A DNA stretch of 64,000 nucleotides from the NCBI GenBank assembly GCA_044358835.1, contig JBIKNF010000008.1, positions 9,873-73,872 on the forward strand, written 5' to 3'. The position numbers were made by a program, and so were the translations under genes. Position 1 is the stretch's first letter. Each line of letters starts with the position of its first letter. Below the pieces are notes generated by a model that saw only the letters and a program-made list of their open reading frames with translations, searched no databases and was not told where the DNA came from. Below are positions 52,472 through 62,062 of this stretch, piece after piece. This DNA comes from Vampirovibrionales bacterium (GTDB lineage Bacteria > Cyanobacteriota > Vampirovibrionia > Vampirovibrionales > JAJTHC01).

Positions 52472-52565
52472 GAGTCTAGCGTGGCCAAAAAACGGACTTT
52501 CGTGGCCAAAAACCGGACTTTCGTGGGCTAAAAATCGACTTTCGTGGGTCGAAAACAGACTTTCC
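52472..52565 (+). repeat. Second array of the 21-bp GACTTTCGTGG repeat (3 full units plus degenerate/partial flanks)
   Basis: Full units at 52495, 52516 and 52537; partial at 52558; degenerate at ~52472. Same consensus as 1956-2125. Confidence 0.88.
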
Positions 52566-52700
52566 GACACACGAAATTAGGCCGTTTTTACCTCGCTGGC
52601 GTGGGGCAGACGACTGGGTTGAAGTGTTTTGTGTTTTTTATGGCATAATAAGTTCATAATAAATGGTGTCACTTTTCTGAACCCGAAAAGGTATTTTTCT

Positions 52701-53909
52701 ATGCCCTCTGAATCCTTCACGCCAACAGAAGCTCACTTTACCGATGAACTCTACACCCCTATGGCCAGCGATTGGCCTTCTATTGCTGGGCGTCCGCCCC
52801 GTCGCGCGTCTAAAAAAATATGGGTAGGCCCCGTCGCCGTAGGCGGAGACGCCCCCGTTTCGATTCAAAGCATGTTGGTGAATGACACCCGAGACATCCA
52901 AGAAAGTATCTACCAAATTCAGCGCCTCGCGGATGCTGGGGTGGACATTGTGCGCCTTGCTGTGCCTGATTTAGAAGCTGCAGAAGCCCTAAAACCAATT
53001 GTTTCCGCTTCTCCCGTGCCGATTGTGGCAGACATTCACTTTGACTACCGTTTGGCACTAGCGGCTGCAGAAAATGGCGTGCAAGCCATTCGTATCAATC
53101 CGGGCAACATTGGTTCAAAAGATTTTGTGCGTAAAGTCGTGGAAAAATGCAAGGAACGGGCCTTGCCCATTCGCATAGGGGTCAATGGCGGTTCGGTTGA
53201 AAAGGCCATTAAACTCGCTTACCCCAAGCAAGTTGAACGCCAGTTGGTGGAAAGTGCCTTGCTTAATGCCCGCATTTTAGAAGAGGAAGGCTTTGATCAA
53301 TTCAAAATTTCTGTCAAAGCAAGCGACCCGTTGCAAGCGATTACGGCGTATCGAGAGTTGGCAAGGCGTTGTGACTACCCCTTGCACTTAGGCGTCACGG
53401 AAGCGGGCACTTTAAAACGAGGTATTTCTAAAAGCGCGTTTGCTTTGGGAATGCTACTGTATGAAGGCATTGGCGACACCATTCGCGTTTCGCTGACGGC
53501 GGACAGTGTGGAAGAAGTCTTTGCGGGGCAAGAAATTTTGCGTAGCGTGGGCCTGCGCCAAGAAGGGGTTAATATCATTTCCTGCCCCGCTTGTGGTCGC
53601 TGTGAAGTGGATTTACACGGACTCACCACCGAAGTCGAACAGCTGGTGGCGAAGTTGGATGTTCCTTTAACTGTGGCGGTGATGGGGTGTTTTGTCAACG
53701 GCCCCGGAGAAGCAGAGCATGCGGATGTGGGCATTGCGGGGGGAATAGGGCAGTATTACATTTTTCGTGGGGAAGATCGTATTCGCCGAGTCCCTGAAGC
53801 GCAAGCGTTGGATGCCTTAAAAGAAGAAATCGAGCGTGCCACAGACGAGTTTAAAAAAGCCAACCCCAATTGGCAGGGAAGTAAGCAGGCGCAAGTGATT
53901 AAGCGCTAG
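52701..53909 (+). CDS. ispG: 4-hydroxy-3-methylbut-2-en-1-yl diphosphate synthase
   Basis: VGGDAPVSIQSM, VADIHFDY, RINPGNIG, PLHLGVTEAG, GIGDTIRVSL, SCPACGR, VMGCFVNGPGE. ORF track start 52629. Confidence 0.97.
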   Translation: MPSESFTPTEAHFTDELYTPMASDWPSIAGRPPRRASKKIWVGPVAVGGDAPVSIQSMLVNDTRDIQESIYQIQRLADAGVDIVRLAVPDLEAAEALKPIVSASPVPIVADIHFDYRLALAAAENGVQAIRINPGNIGSKDFVRKVVEKCKERALPIRIGVNGGSVEKAIKLAYPKQVERQLVESALLNARILEEEGFDQFKISVKASDPLQAITAYRELARRCDYPLHLGVTEAGTLKRGISKSAFALGMLLYEGIGDTIRVSLTADSVEEVFAGQEILRSVGLRQEGVNIISCPACGRCEVDLHGLTTEVEQLVAKLDVPLTVAVMGCFVNGPGEAEHADVGIAGGIGQYYIFRGEDRIRRVPEAQALDALKEEIERATDEFKKANPNWQGSKQAQVIKR

Positions 53910-54011
53910 GCGTCCCATGCTTGGTGTATTCTGCTCCAAAAAGTGACATGGGTTCTTATAATTTTTTTATAATGAAGGCAACGTTCGATTCTTACCCATG
54001 GGAGCTTATTC

Positions 54012-56489
54012 ATGATTTTCAGTAACAAAGACGACGCCTCTTCTGTTGAAAAAAAGGTGAATCCCTTGGCTCCCGCCTTTAGTTACCCTAAAGTCAAGCA
54101 CCAAGGTAAATCCTTCTATACGCAAGACGCGTCTTATTATAACAATACTCCTGACACCGATCTGGATGACGACTTTACAGAAGGTGAACCAACGCCAGAC
54201 TTAAAAGTGGAACCTCCTTCATTAAACATAAGTGCTGAAAACTTAGAATTTTTTATTAAACCTAACGTACATCATTCGCCTGTTTTTGTTTTAGAAGACG
54301 AGTCAGATGAGGATCCTGAACCCATACAGCCTCTTTTTTTGCAAGACGACAACCCCACCTTCAAACAGGAATCTTCGTTTTCAGATGCTTATTCTATTGA
54401 AACAAAAACGGATTTTCCTGCCGTTTCTCAAGAAGTAGATTCCTTTTCTTTAGATGATGCAATCGCCAAATTAGTTGGGCTTGAGACGGATGTTTCACCA
54501 GATGTGCCTGATGAAATGCCCCCAAAGGCTTTGAGTGAAATACCCCCCCATTTTCCCAGTGAAACCCTAAGCCAAAGTGGGTATGAAGTCCCTTTTTCTG
54601 TTCTTAATATGTCCATCGAATCAGACGTTGAGCCCACCTATGAAACAGTGTTGACCCAAGACGCTGAAAGCACCTTTGCTCAAATAGGGTATGAAAACGA
54701 TCCATTAACGACCCCTCACGTGGCCAAACCCGCCCCTGAAAAACTACCCCCTAAGGAAGAACGGTCGTTTCAAGATCGTACCTTGGCCTTTGAAGATGAC
54801 GAACACTATTATAATCCCCTAGCGATTGGGGAAGTTTTGCCCAGCTATAACCTTGCAGAAACGCCAGTTGAAACCCTTCATAAAACCCCAATAGAAACGA
54901 CCACACTGGATGTTTTTGAGGACTTGCACGATGCCGATATAGATTTGCAAGAAAGTTTTGCCGTTGCCCAAAAAAGTACGGAAGCCTTAGAAACTATTTT
55001 TGGCGCCAACCTAGTGACCCCTGCTGTTGTTGAGGCACCGCCTTTGGTGAATGATGCGATAGAAGAAAAAGCGCCCTTTGTGGGGCAAGCGTCTGGTGTT
55101 GAAGCCTTTAAACTTGAAGAAGTCGGCCCACAGGAATCACTGTTGAATTCCCCTGAAGAAGAGATCCCTTTTGCCTATAGTGCTCTTGAAGAATCCCCTT
55201 CTTTAAATGAACTCCCCCCCCATGAACCACTTGTCTTGCCTTCTTTAACACCTCTGCCTGAGGCTCACGCCAACGAGAACCCCTTTGACTTTTCACTCTT
55301 TTTGGAAGATAATCCTGAAGCGAATTCCCCCATTGTATTTCAGCACAGTACGGATGAGGAACTCGCGTTTATGCCCTCTCAAGCCTTCCTTCCTTCAGAA
55401 GAAGCGGACGTTTCAACGGAAATATTTGAACCTGTTGAATATCTTGATTTTCCAACAGAAAACCAATGGACTGTTGAAGACGACGATGACTTACATTTAA
55501 ACGTGGAGCCTTTTGTTTTACTTGAAGAAGAACCGAACGTTTTACTTGAAGAAGAAAGTGTGGCTAAAAGCAGTGAAGGCCAAGCGGAATTAGGCACGAC
55601 GGATTTTGAGGTCGTCTATAATAAAGACGTGGATCAAGAGGTTCCTGCGGATAGTTCGCCAAATGACTTGTCTATAGGCATCATTTCTGAAGACGACGGC
55701 AATGAAGAAGAAGATCTCTTTGAAACCTTGCCTCCAGAAGTCCGTAGCCAAGATGTTACAACATCACCTGGTTTGTCCTTTCAAGACTTTCGTCAGCTTG
55801 AAGAAGGCGACCAAGGCGTAAACACCCCTAACGATTTTGAGTCTAATCACTTTTCGATTGAAAGTGAAGACGCTTTAGAAGACCCCAATGCCTTTGTGGA
55901 CCCTAGCTTGTTTTTTAGTTTGGAAGGCTTAGAAGATGGCACCGCGCCTGAAGGAATTTCCCTAGACTTAGAACCTGCGCTAGACCTTAAAATACCCAAT
56001 TCCACGTCGCCTTTTGACGAGCAAAGGGTTTCCAATAACTTGGTGCCCCCCACCAAACAAAACGATTTCACACATAAGCTTATTCACCCCGTTGAAACAG
56101 AGCCCCTAGAAGCCTTTGACGCTTTTGCAGAAGTTTCAAAAGCCAGTGAAGCCACTTTGGGGGAATATGCCACCTTGGCCTTAGAAGATTTAGAAGTGCT
56201 TGTTTCGCAACCCTTTCCTTATGGCGAAAGTCACTTGTACTTGGTCCACGTCAATAGCGTGTATGCCATTATTGCACTTAAGCATCATTATTACACCTTA
56301 TTGCAAGCATTTTCCAGCTTGCCTGAAGGCGTGGAACTTACCGGTTCTGCTGAGGCTCCGCAAATCCAAGGCGACACGCTTCAACTCACCTGGAATGCGT
56401 CTAGTTATAACGAACACATTTTTGACTTACAGTTTGGCAGCTGGCATGCCTTGATCGTTGAAGACGCTAAAGGCATTAACGTGCTATAG
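54012..56489 (+). CDS. Very acidic, probably disordered protein with a small folded C-terminal domain
   Basis: 825 aa dominated by E/D/P/S. The last ~100 aa have beta-strand-like hydrophobic patterning. Confidence 0.75.
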   Translation: MIFSNKDDASSVEKKVNPLAPAFSYPKVKHQGKSFYTQDASYYNNTPDTDLDDDFTEGEPTPDLKVEPPSLNISAENLEFFIKPNVHHSPVFVLEDESDEDPEPIQPLFLQDDNPTFKQESSFSDAYSIETKTDFPAVSQEVDSFSLDDAIAKLVGLETDVSPDVPDEMPPKALSEIPPHFPSETLSQSGYEVPFSVLNMSIESDVEPTYETVLTQDAESTFAQIGYENDPLTTPHVAKPAPEKLPPKEERSFQDRTLAFEDDEHYYNPLAIGEVLPSYNLAETPVETLHKTPIETTTLDVFEDLHDADIDLQESFAVAQKSTEALETIFGANLVTPAVVEAPPLVNDAIEEKAPFVGQASGVEAFKLEEVGPQESLLNSPEEEIPFAYSALEESPSLNELPPHEPLVLPSLTPLPEAHANENPFDFSLFLEDNPEANSPIVFQHSTDEELAFMPSQAFLPSEEADVSTEIFEPVEYLDFPTENQWTVEDDDDLHLNVEPFVLLEEEPNVLLEEESVAKSSEGQAELGTTDFEVVYNKDVDQEVPADSSPNDLSIGIISEDDGNEEEDLFETLPPEVRSQDVTTSPGLSFQDFRQLEEGDQGVNTPNDFESNHFSIESEDALEDPNAFVDPSLFFSLEGLEDGTAPEGISLDLEPALDLKIPNSTSPFDEQRVSNNLVPPTKQNDFTHKLIHPVETEPLEAFDAFAEVSKASEATLGEYATLALEDLEVLVSQPFPYGESHLYLVHVNSVYAIIALKHHYYTLLQAFSSLPEGVELTGSAEAPQIQGDTLQLTWNASSYNEHIFDLQFGSWHALIVEDAKGINVL

Positions 56490-57000
56490 TAGTCGCTTTT
56501 TCAAGCACTTCTTTAAAAGGACGCAACGGCGTAAAGGTGAAACTACATTCACTCGGTAACTTTGCCCCCATCAGGATGCCCGTTTCATTGGGGTAGCTAC
56601 GGCAAAACACAGGGCGCGCCTCATAATCCATACACAAGTTGTCTCCCCCTAAATTGTGGCACTTAAACACCAGCCCTGTTTCGGTTTCGTATTGGGCTTC
56701 AAAAAAGCGGTATTCATCAGGATGCAAGGCCTGCAACGCTTGAAACTCTTCCACCGTCTGAATCACCTGCTTACCGTACGTTAAAAACAGATTCTTGCAA
56801 CACGCCCCACACTGGTTACAGGTGCCGGTGCGAACGGTGTACTGGCCCGTTTCAATCACTTCTTTATAAGGCCACAAACGGTGGCGAACTTGCCGAGACC
56901 ACTTCAACAACAGCGAAGAAAAGGGAATGCATCCGAGTACCGTAAGATACAGCCGACTGCCAAAGCGTTTTTGGGGAAAAGAAGAGGGTAAAAGGCGCAT
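56476..57000 (-). CDS. YkgJ-family (CxxCxxCC) cysteine cluster protein
   Basis: CNQCGACC...C...CMDYEARPVFCRSYP. Confidence 0.88.
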   Translation of the reverse strand: MRLLPSSFPQKRFGSRLYLTVLGCIPFSSLLLKWSRQVRHRLWPYKEVIETGQYTVRTGTCNQCGACCKNLFLTYGKQVIQTVEEFQALQALHPDEYRFFEAQYETETGLVFKCHNLGGDNLCMDYEARPVFCRSYPNETGILMGAKLPSECSFTFTPLRPFKEVLEKATTIAR

Positions 57001-57184
57001 AGCCCCATTTTAAAAGAATCGTCTTAGAAAGGCAAGTGAGACTTTCCCCAAGGTCATTTTTGATTGAAACGGGCTCTAATTGTGTACGATTTTGCCTGCG
57101 TCAAGCAAGCTTGAAGCTTTCACGCCCTTTCACTTGCATGATCCTACCCTTTCACCCCTGCCCTATTTCTGCTATGCTAAACCC

Positions 57185-58984
57185 ATGAAAAACACCCACC
57201 CACGCCCCCAACCGCTCGATGCACTAAGCACTCAGCATGCGGTGCAAGAACTGCATGCGCTATTTTGTGGAGCAAAGGTGCAAAAAATAAACCAATACAG
57301 CCCCACCGATTTTTCCTTCCACTTGTGGCAACCCAACCCCGACTCTCGCCCTGAACTGGAACGAGGCGTCTTATACATTTGCTTGCACAAGCAAACGCCC
57401 TTTTTCGCCTTGCTTACCCCCCACGAACTGCAAGAACTCTTCCCCACCGCCACGTTTCAAAGCCCCCTGTTATTAAGCTTGCGTAAATACGTGCAAGGCG
57501 CTCGCTTAGATTCTGCCCAAAGCATTGATGGAGAACCCGCCTTTCGCCTTGACTTTCACTACACTACGGAACTGGGCTTTCGCGCTTCGCTGACGCTTGT
57601 GGTGGAAATGATTGGCAAATATAGTAACGTCTTTTTACTAGAAGGTGAAACGCAAAAAGTGCTCAGCTTGCTTAATGTGGTGACTCCTGAACAAAGTCAG
57701 CTTCGCCCCCTTCAAGTGGGCAGTTCCTATCGGCTTCCACCGCGTCCACAGGGGCATACACCGTGGCTGGATTTAGATCTCGACGCCTTGTGGAAGCCCA
57801 TGCAAGCGCCCTATTCCGCCGCACAGGCGTTTGAATCGATTAAAGCGGTGGGCTGGGGTATTGCCAAAACCATGGCCCTGCCCTTACTTAAGCGAGTCGA
57901 TTGCTATGACGACGCGCGTGAGGCATTGCGAAACTGGCAACAGCATCCACAGGGGGTGCTGTTTTACGACGATGACGGCGCCTTGACAGGCTTTCACGGG
58001 GTGAATTATACGGGGAAAGGCCAAGTGGTTGGTTCTTTTTTACAGGCCATTAGTGTGTATTATGCGTCATGCAAACGCCAGAAGTTGTGGGAAGACGCGC
58101 GTCAACACTTGCGTAAACCGCTCATGAAGAAGCTCCACCTGCTTGAAAAAGGCGTGGCGCAGTTAAACACCCATGTGCTGAACCGTCAAACACTAGAAGA
58201 ACTTCAAGCCAAGGGGGATGTGTTAATGACACTGTATAGCATGCGTTATTTTACCCATGCCAAACCCTTTGAAAATACCTTTACGCCAGATGTTAATCCC
58301 CTCACGGGGCATCGGGGTGAAGCGGTGGATGTAGACGTGAAAAAAACGTGGCTTGAAAATGCCCAAGCCTATTACCGTTTGGTGCAAAAGGCCAAGGGTC
58401 GGCAGGCGTTTGTTGAAGAAGAACGCTTGCGGTTGGAAAATGCCATGGCGTTTTACAAGTCTCTGGCCGTTTTGTTAGAAAACGCCGAATCGAGGGAAGA
58501 TCTTCACGCCCTGCAAGTCGATTGGCAAGAAGCCGGCCTGCTTAAAGCGCCCTTATTGAAGGGACGCAAAGGCAAGGCCACGCCTAAAACGCTGGCAGAA
58601 GAGGCGGGGCTTTTAAAGCTCACGAGCCCAGAAGGCTTGGTGATTTGGGTAGGCAAAAGCAGTAAAGCCAACGGGCAGTTGATTCAGAAGCAGTTGCGCC
58701 CCAAAGATTGGTGGGTGCATGTGGCCGAAGGCTTGTCAGGGTCTCATGTGGTGGTGAAAGTGCATGGCACGCCGTGGGCGGATGCACCTAGCCTGCCGTT
58801 GCCTACGTTGGCCATGGCAACGGCGTTGGCGGCATGGTATTCAGAAGCACGGCATAGTGTGAAAGTGCCTGTGTTGTACACACGGGGCAAGTATGTTCGC
58901 CCCATTCCGCAGTCTTGGGCGGGGCATGTGAACTATTCGCATGAAACTGCGGTGGTCATCACCCCTCAAAAAGACGGGTTTTAG
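57185..58984 (+). CDS. rqcH: NFACT/RqcH (FbpA/Rqc2) family ribosome quality-control protein
   Basis: LVVEMIGKYSNVFL, LRPLQVGSSYRLPP, ENAQAYY, IWVGKSSKAN, WVH...GSHVVV, AAWYSEAR. ORF track start 57080. Confidence 0.88.
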   Translation: MKNTHPRPQPLDALSTQHAVQELHALFCGAKVQKINQYSPTDFSFHLWQPNPDSRPELERGVLYICLHKQTPFFALLTPHELQELFPTATFQSPLLLSLRKYVQGARLDSAQSIDGEPAFRLDFHYTTELGFRASLTLVVEMIGKYSNVFLLEGETQKVLSLLNVVTPEQSQLRPLQVGSSYRLPPRPQGHTPWLDLDLDALWKPMQAPYSAAQAFESIKAVGWGIAKTMALPLLKRVDCYDDAREALRNWQQHPQGVLFYDDDGALTGFHGVNYTGKGQVVGSFLQAISVYYASCKRQKLWEDARQHLRKPLMKKLHLLEKGVAQLNTHVLNRQTLEELQAKGDVLMTLYSMRYFTHAKPFENTFTPDVNPLTGHRGEAVDVDVKKTWLENAQAYYRLVQKAKGRQAFVEEERLRLENAMAFYKSLAVLLENAESREDLHALQVDWQEAGLLKAPLLKGRKGKATPKTLAEEAGLLKLTSPEGLVIWVGKSSKANGQLIQKQLRPKDWWVHVAEGLSGSHVVVKVHGTPWADAPSLPLPTLAMATALAAWYSEARHSVKVPVLYTRGKYVRPIPQSWAGHVNYSHETAVVITPQKDGF

Positions 58985-59009
58985 GCGCCTAACCCAGTGA
59001 CTAAGTGTT

Positions 59010-59861
59010 TTAAAAGCCACGCAGTTTATTTTGCAGACGCTCTTCTTTTGTTTTTTTCTGACTAATGTAACGGTGCCAAAGCCAACGTAAGGTTAATGAC
59101 ACAACACGAATGGGCGAAAGAGCCTTTGGCGTTTCAAGTCCCATGGCCGCAGGGAGGGCTTGCGTCGTTTTGATAAAGGCCGTCAACTGTGTTTCAAAGT
59201 TTGCCACATAGTTTGTGTAATCACTGATATAGGCTTCGATGCCTTCGGGTGTTACGATGCGTACGTCCGCACCACAGAGCTGAGCTTCATCAAGCAAGGC
59301 AGAACACGCGTCATAGGAATACAAGACCCGTGTGCGACGGAGCAAATCTGCCAGTTCTGTTCGAATGGTGGGCCAGTTCATGGTAATTTCTACAAGCCCT
59401 TCGGTTTCGGGGGCGTTTCGACACTTACCCCCCTTGTGAACGAAGCTGAAATCTTCGGTTTTGGGTTGGCCGTCGTTGTAAAACAGCGACGCATCAATCC
59501 ACGGTACGGTTAGTACGGGGACTTCTGGATAAAAGGCCCGTGTGTAGCTAAAAATGGTTTCGCTCGGGTGATACTGGCTTGCACCAGCGATCTTACCAGG
59601 GTAATACAGTACATAGCGAACGACGCGTGCAACTTGTAGCGGATTCCCACAAACAATTTCAGGATAAATCACTACCGCTTCAGCTTGAAGCTCAGGTGTC
59701 AGATGTTCCAAATAGCGGTATTGGGACTGGTAGGGCTTGCCTGAATAGAGATATACTTCAAAACCACGCGCCATTAAAGCATCCGCAAGCAAGTGAAGGA
59801 CACGGACTCCGTTGCTCCGCGAGAATGTGGGCGTCCAGATGATATAGGGTCGTTTATTCAT
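59010..59861 (-). CDS. Putative glycosyltransferase-like protein of a surface polysaccharide cluster
   Basis: SNGVRVLHLL, VVIYPEIVCGNPL, YSYD..SALLDEAQLCG (GT-B-like). Translationally coupled to the GT2 gene. Confidence 0.6.
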   Translation of the reverse strand: MNKRPYIIWTPTFSRSNGVRVLHLLADALMARGFEVYLYSGKPYQSQYRYLEHLTPELQAEAVVIYPEIVCGNPLQVARVVRYVLYYPGKIAGASQYHPSETIFSYTRAFYPEVPVLTVPWIDASLFYNDGQPKTEDFSFVHKGGKCRNAPETEGLVEITMNWPTIRTELADLLRRTRVLYSYDACSALLDEAQLCGADVRIVTPEGIEAYISDYTNYVANFETQLTAFIKTTQALPAAMGLETPKALSPIRVVSLTLRWLWHRYISQKKTKEERLQNKLRGF

Positions 59862-60901
59862 GGAGTCTCTACCACGTGGTTATTCGACTTTAAAGTATTA
59901 TTGGGTTGTTTGGATGTCCGCAGAAACCACCTTTTATCCCATAACTTGATCTTGTATTTATGATTTAAAATAATTTTAAAGACTTTTTTATCCCACGTCC
60001 ATGAGAAAGGTAACATGAAATAAATGACGTAAAGAATTGAGAAGAGGTAACGTTTTTTTGGGTAAAACGACAAATTAGCCCATACGGTTGCTATGTTCCA
60101 TTCAGGGCAAGAGCCCATACGGTGTGAGGTTTCTAGCAAACGTTGACTATTAAAACAAGGTGAACCATTATCGATGCGGAGCGTATCGATGATATGACGT
60201 TTTAAGGCGATGTCATTAAATAAGGGCAGGGCATTAAGAAACCCCACTTGCCAAAACAAGGAAGCCATCAAGGGGTGTTTATCCTCGTTTAGCCCTCGCA
60301 CATAGGAGCTTTCATCACAGGTGGGTACCATGCGGACAATCCAATGATCTAACACCTCAATCTGTTTGTGATGGTTGAACAAATAAGCCACAGGCGCTAA
60401 CTGCGGGAACATGGTCGAAATGTTCCATGCCATATTGACTATCACGGTAGTGGTGAGGTGTTCTGTCTTATAAATCGTAGAAGGTACAAAAGTCATTTGT
60501 CCCACAAGCTGAGCCAAGCTTTCCTTCGGATTGAGGTAGTTGGCCACTACAATAGCATCCGCCCCATTGGCCATGGCAACTTCGACGGCATGCCAGTGGC
60601 TGAAATCAAATTCATCATCATCGCACAAGACCCATACATACTCGGCTGTAGCGATCTCAAAGGCTCGCATGACATTGGCATTTCCGCCAATGTTACGATT
60701 GTGAATAATATGCTTGATGTTGGAAAATTGCTCGCAGTATGTGTTAATCAACTCAGTACTACCATCGGTGGAGCGATTGTTGAGAATAGTCAGTGGCAGG
60801 GAACGGACGGGGGATTTTTCCGCAAACAAGGACTCAAGGGTGACCTGCAAATGCTCTTTTCGGTTGTAGGTGGGTATAAAAATTTCTAAACGTTCTTTCA
60901 T
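59858..60901 (-). CDS. Glycosyltransferase family 2
   Basis: IFIPTYNR, NNRSTDGS, NIGGNAN, YVWVLCDDD. ATG overlaps the upstream stop (TAATG). Confidence 0.9.
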   Translation of the reverse strand: MKERLEIFIPTYNRKEHLQVTLESLFAEKSPVRSLPLTILNNRSTDGSTELINTYCEQFSNIKHIIHNRNIGGNANVMRAFEIATAEYVWVLCDDDEFDFSHWHAVEVAMANGADAIVVANYLNPKESLAQLVGQMTFVPSTIYKTEHLTTTVIVNMAWNISTMFPQLAPVAYLFNHHKQIEVLDHWIVRMVPTCDESSYVRGLNEDKHPLMASLFWQVGFLNALPLFNDIALKRHIIDTLRIDNGSPCFNSQRLLETSHRMGSCPEWNIATVWANLSFYPKKRYLFSILYVIYFMLPFSWTWDKKVFKIILNHKYKIKLWDKRWFLRTSKQPNNTLKSNNHVVETP

Positions 60902-61965
60902 TACTGATGTTCCTTTTCCCATAAAAAGCTGTTAATTGTTCGTTTAAAACCTTCTTCTTCTTGGATAAGGGGTTGCCAACCAAGTTTTTTAAGTTTGTTG
61001 ATGCAAAGCATTCCATGTGTCGATTGGCTACTAGGTGTCATATTGGCTAAGGCCTCGGTATCAAATTCAACCGTTAAATGTGTTTTTCCAGAAGCTTTAA
61101 TAATTACTTTAGCAAGATCTAAAATACTTAGTTCATAACTATTGCCGACATTGTAGGCCTGAGCATTTTCACCGTTTAATAAAACGGTGAAATATCCTTT
61201 TACAGCATCAGCTAAATAAATGAAGGAACGACAAGCTTCTCCCTTACTTTTTAAGTAGATATTTTGGTCATTGACAACAGAGGCTACAAAACTTGTGAAT
61301 GCACGTCCATCATCAAAGCTAAATCCTGGGCCATAGGTGTGAGAGGGACGAACAATTTTTACAGGAACCCCATGTTGGTGGTGATAAGCAACACACAGTG
61401 TTTCTCCCAAACGTTTACTTTCGCCGTAAGAGTTCCTAACATATAAAGGATCCAAGCGGCCATAGTCTTGCTCAGAAACGAGTGAGCTTTTTTCAAAAAT
61501 ATCACCGTACACCTCACCAGTACTGAAAAACAACATGCTTTCTATGGATTTTTGATGAGCTAATTGTAGTAAGTGATTTGTTCCGAGCGTATTGGCATTA
61601 ATGGTTCCAACTGGATCAGAAAAGAAAAATTTGGGACTTGCTTGACTGGCCGCATGAATAATAAAATCGACACTTTCTGTTATGTGGAGAGGAGCAGAAA
61701 CATCTTGAACAATAAATACTAAGTCATTTGAATCAGGGTAATCCTTAAAACGTTCTTGTGCTTTGTCCCAATTTCGGACCAAGGCAAGAATCTTCGATTT
61801 TTTAGAAAAACGATGGCGATTAGCATACAATAGCGTCTCGACCATGTACGCTGGGAGAAATCCGTTAGCACCAGAGATAAGAATGGTTTTTCCTTCAAAC
61901 TTCTCCCAGTTAATAGAAGAATCAGAGAGAATGTAGTTTAAATCGGACGTAATAAAAGGATTCAT
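60901..61965 (-). CDS. NAD-dependent NDP-sugar epimerase/dehydratase/reductase (extended SDR)
   Basis: ISGANGFL, IHAASQASP, STGEVYG, YGESK (YxxxK), HTYGPG. AT-rich. Confidence 0.92.
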   Translation of the reverse strand: MNPFITSDLNYILSDSSINWEKFEGKTILISGANGFLPAYMVETLLYANRHRFSKKSKILALVRNWDKAQERFKDYPDSNDLVFIVQDVSAPLHITESVDFIIHAASQASPKFFFSDPVGTINANTLGTNHLLQLAHQKSIESMLFFSTGEVYGDIFEKSSLVSEQDYGRLDPLYVRNSYGESKRLGETLCVAYHHQHGVPVKIVRPSHTYGPGFSFDDGRAFTSFVASVVNDQNIYLKSKGEACRSFIYLADAVKGYFTVLLNGENAQAYNVGNSYELSILDLAKVIIKASGKTHLTVEFDTEALANMTPSSQSTHGMLCINKLKKLGWQPLIQEEEGFKRTINSFLWEKEHQ

Positions 61966-62062
61966 CAGTTATATTCCTTTCGAGCAAAGAAGCGGATTTT
62001 TTTTAAATGTTCTTTACGGTTGTAAGTAGTGAGTATCAGTTCTAGCTGTTCAGTGTTAAGCA

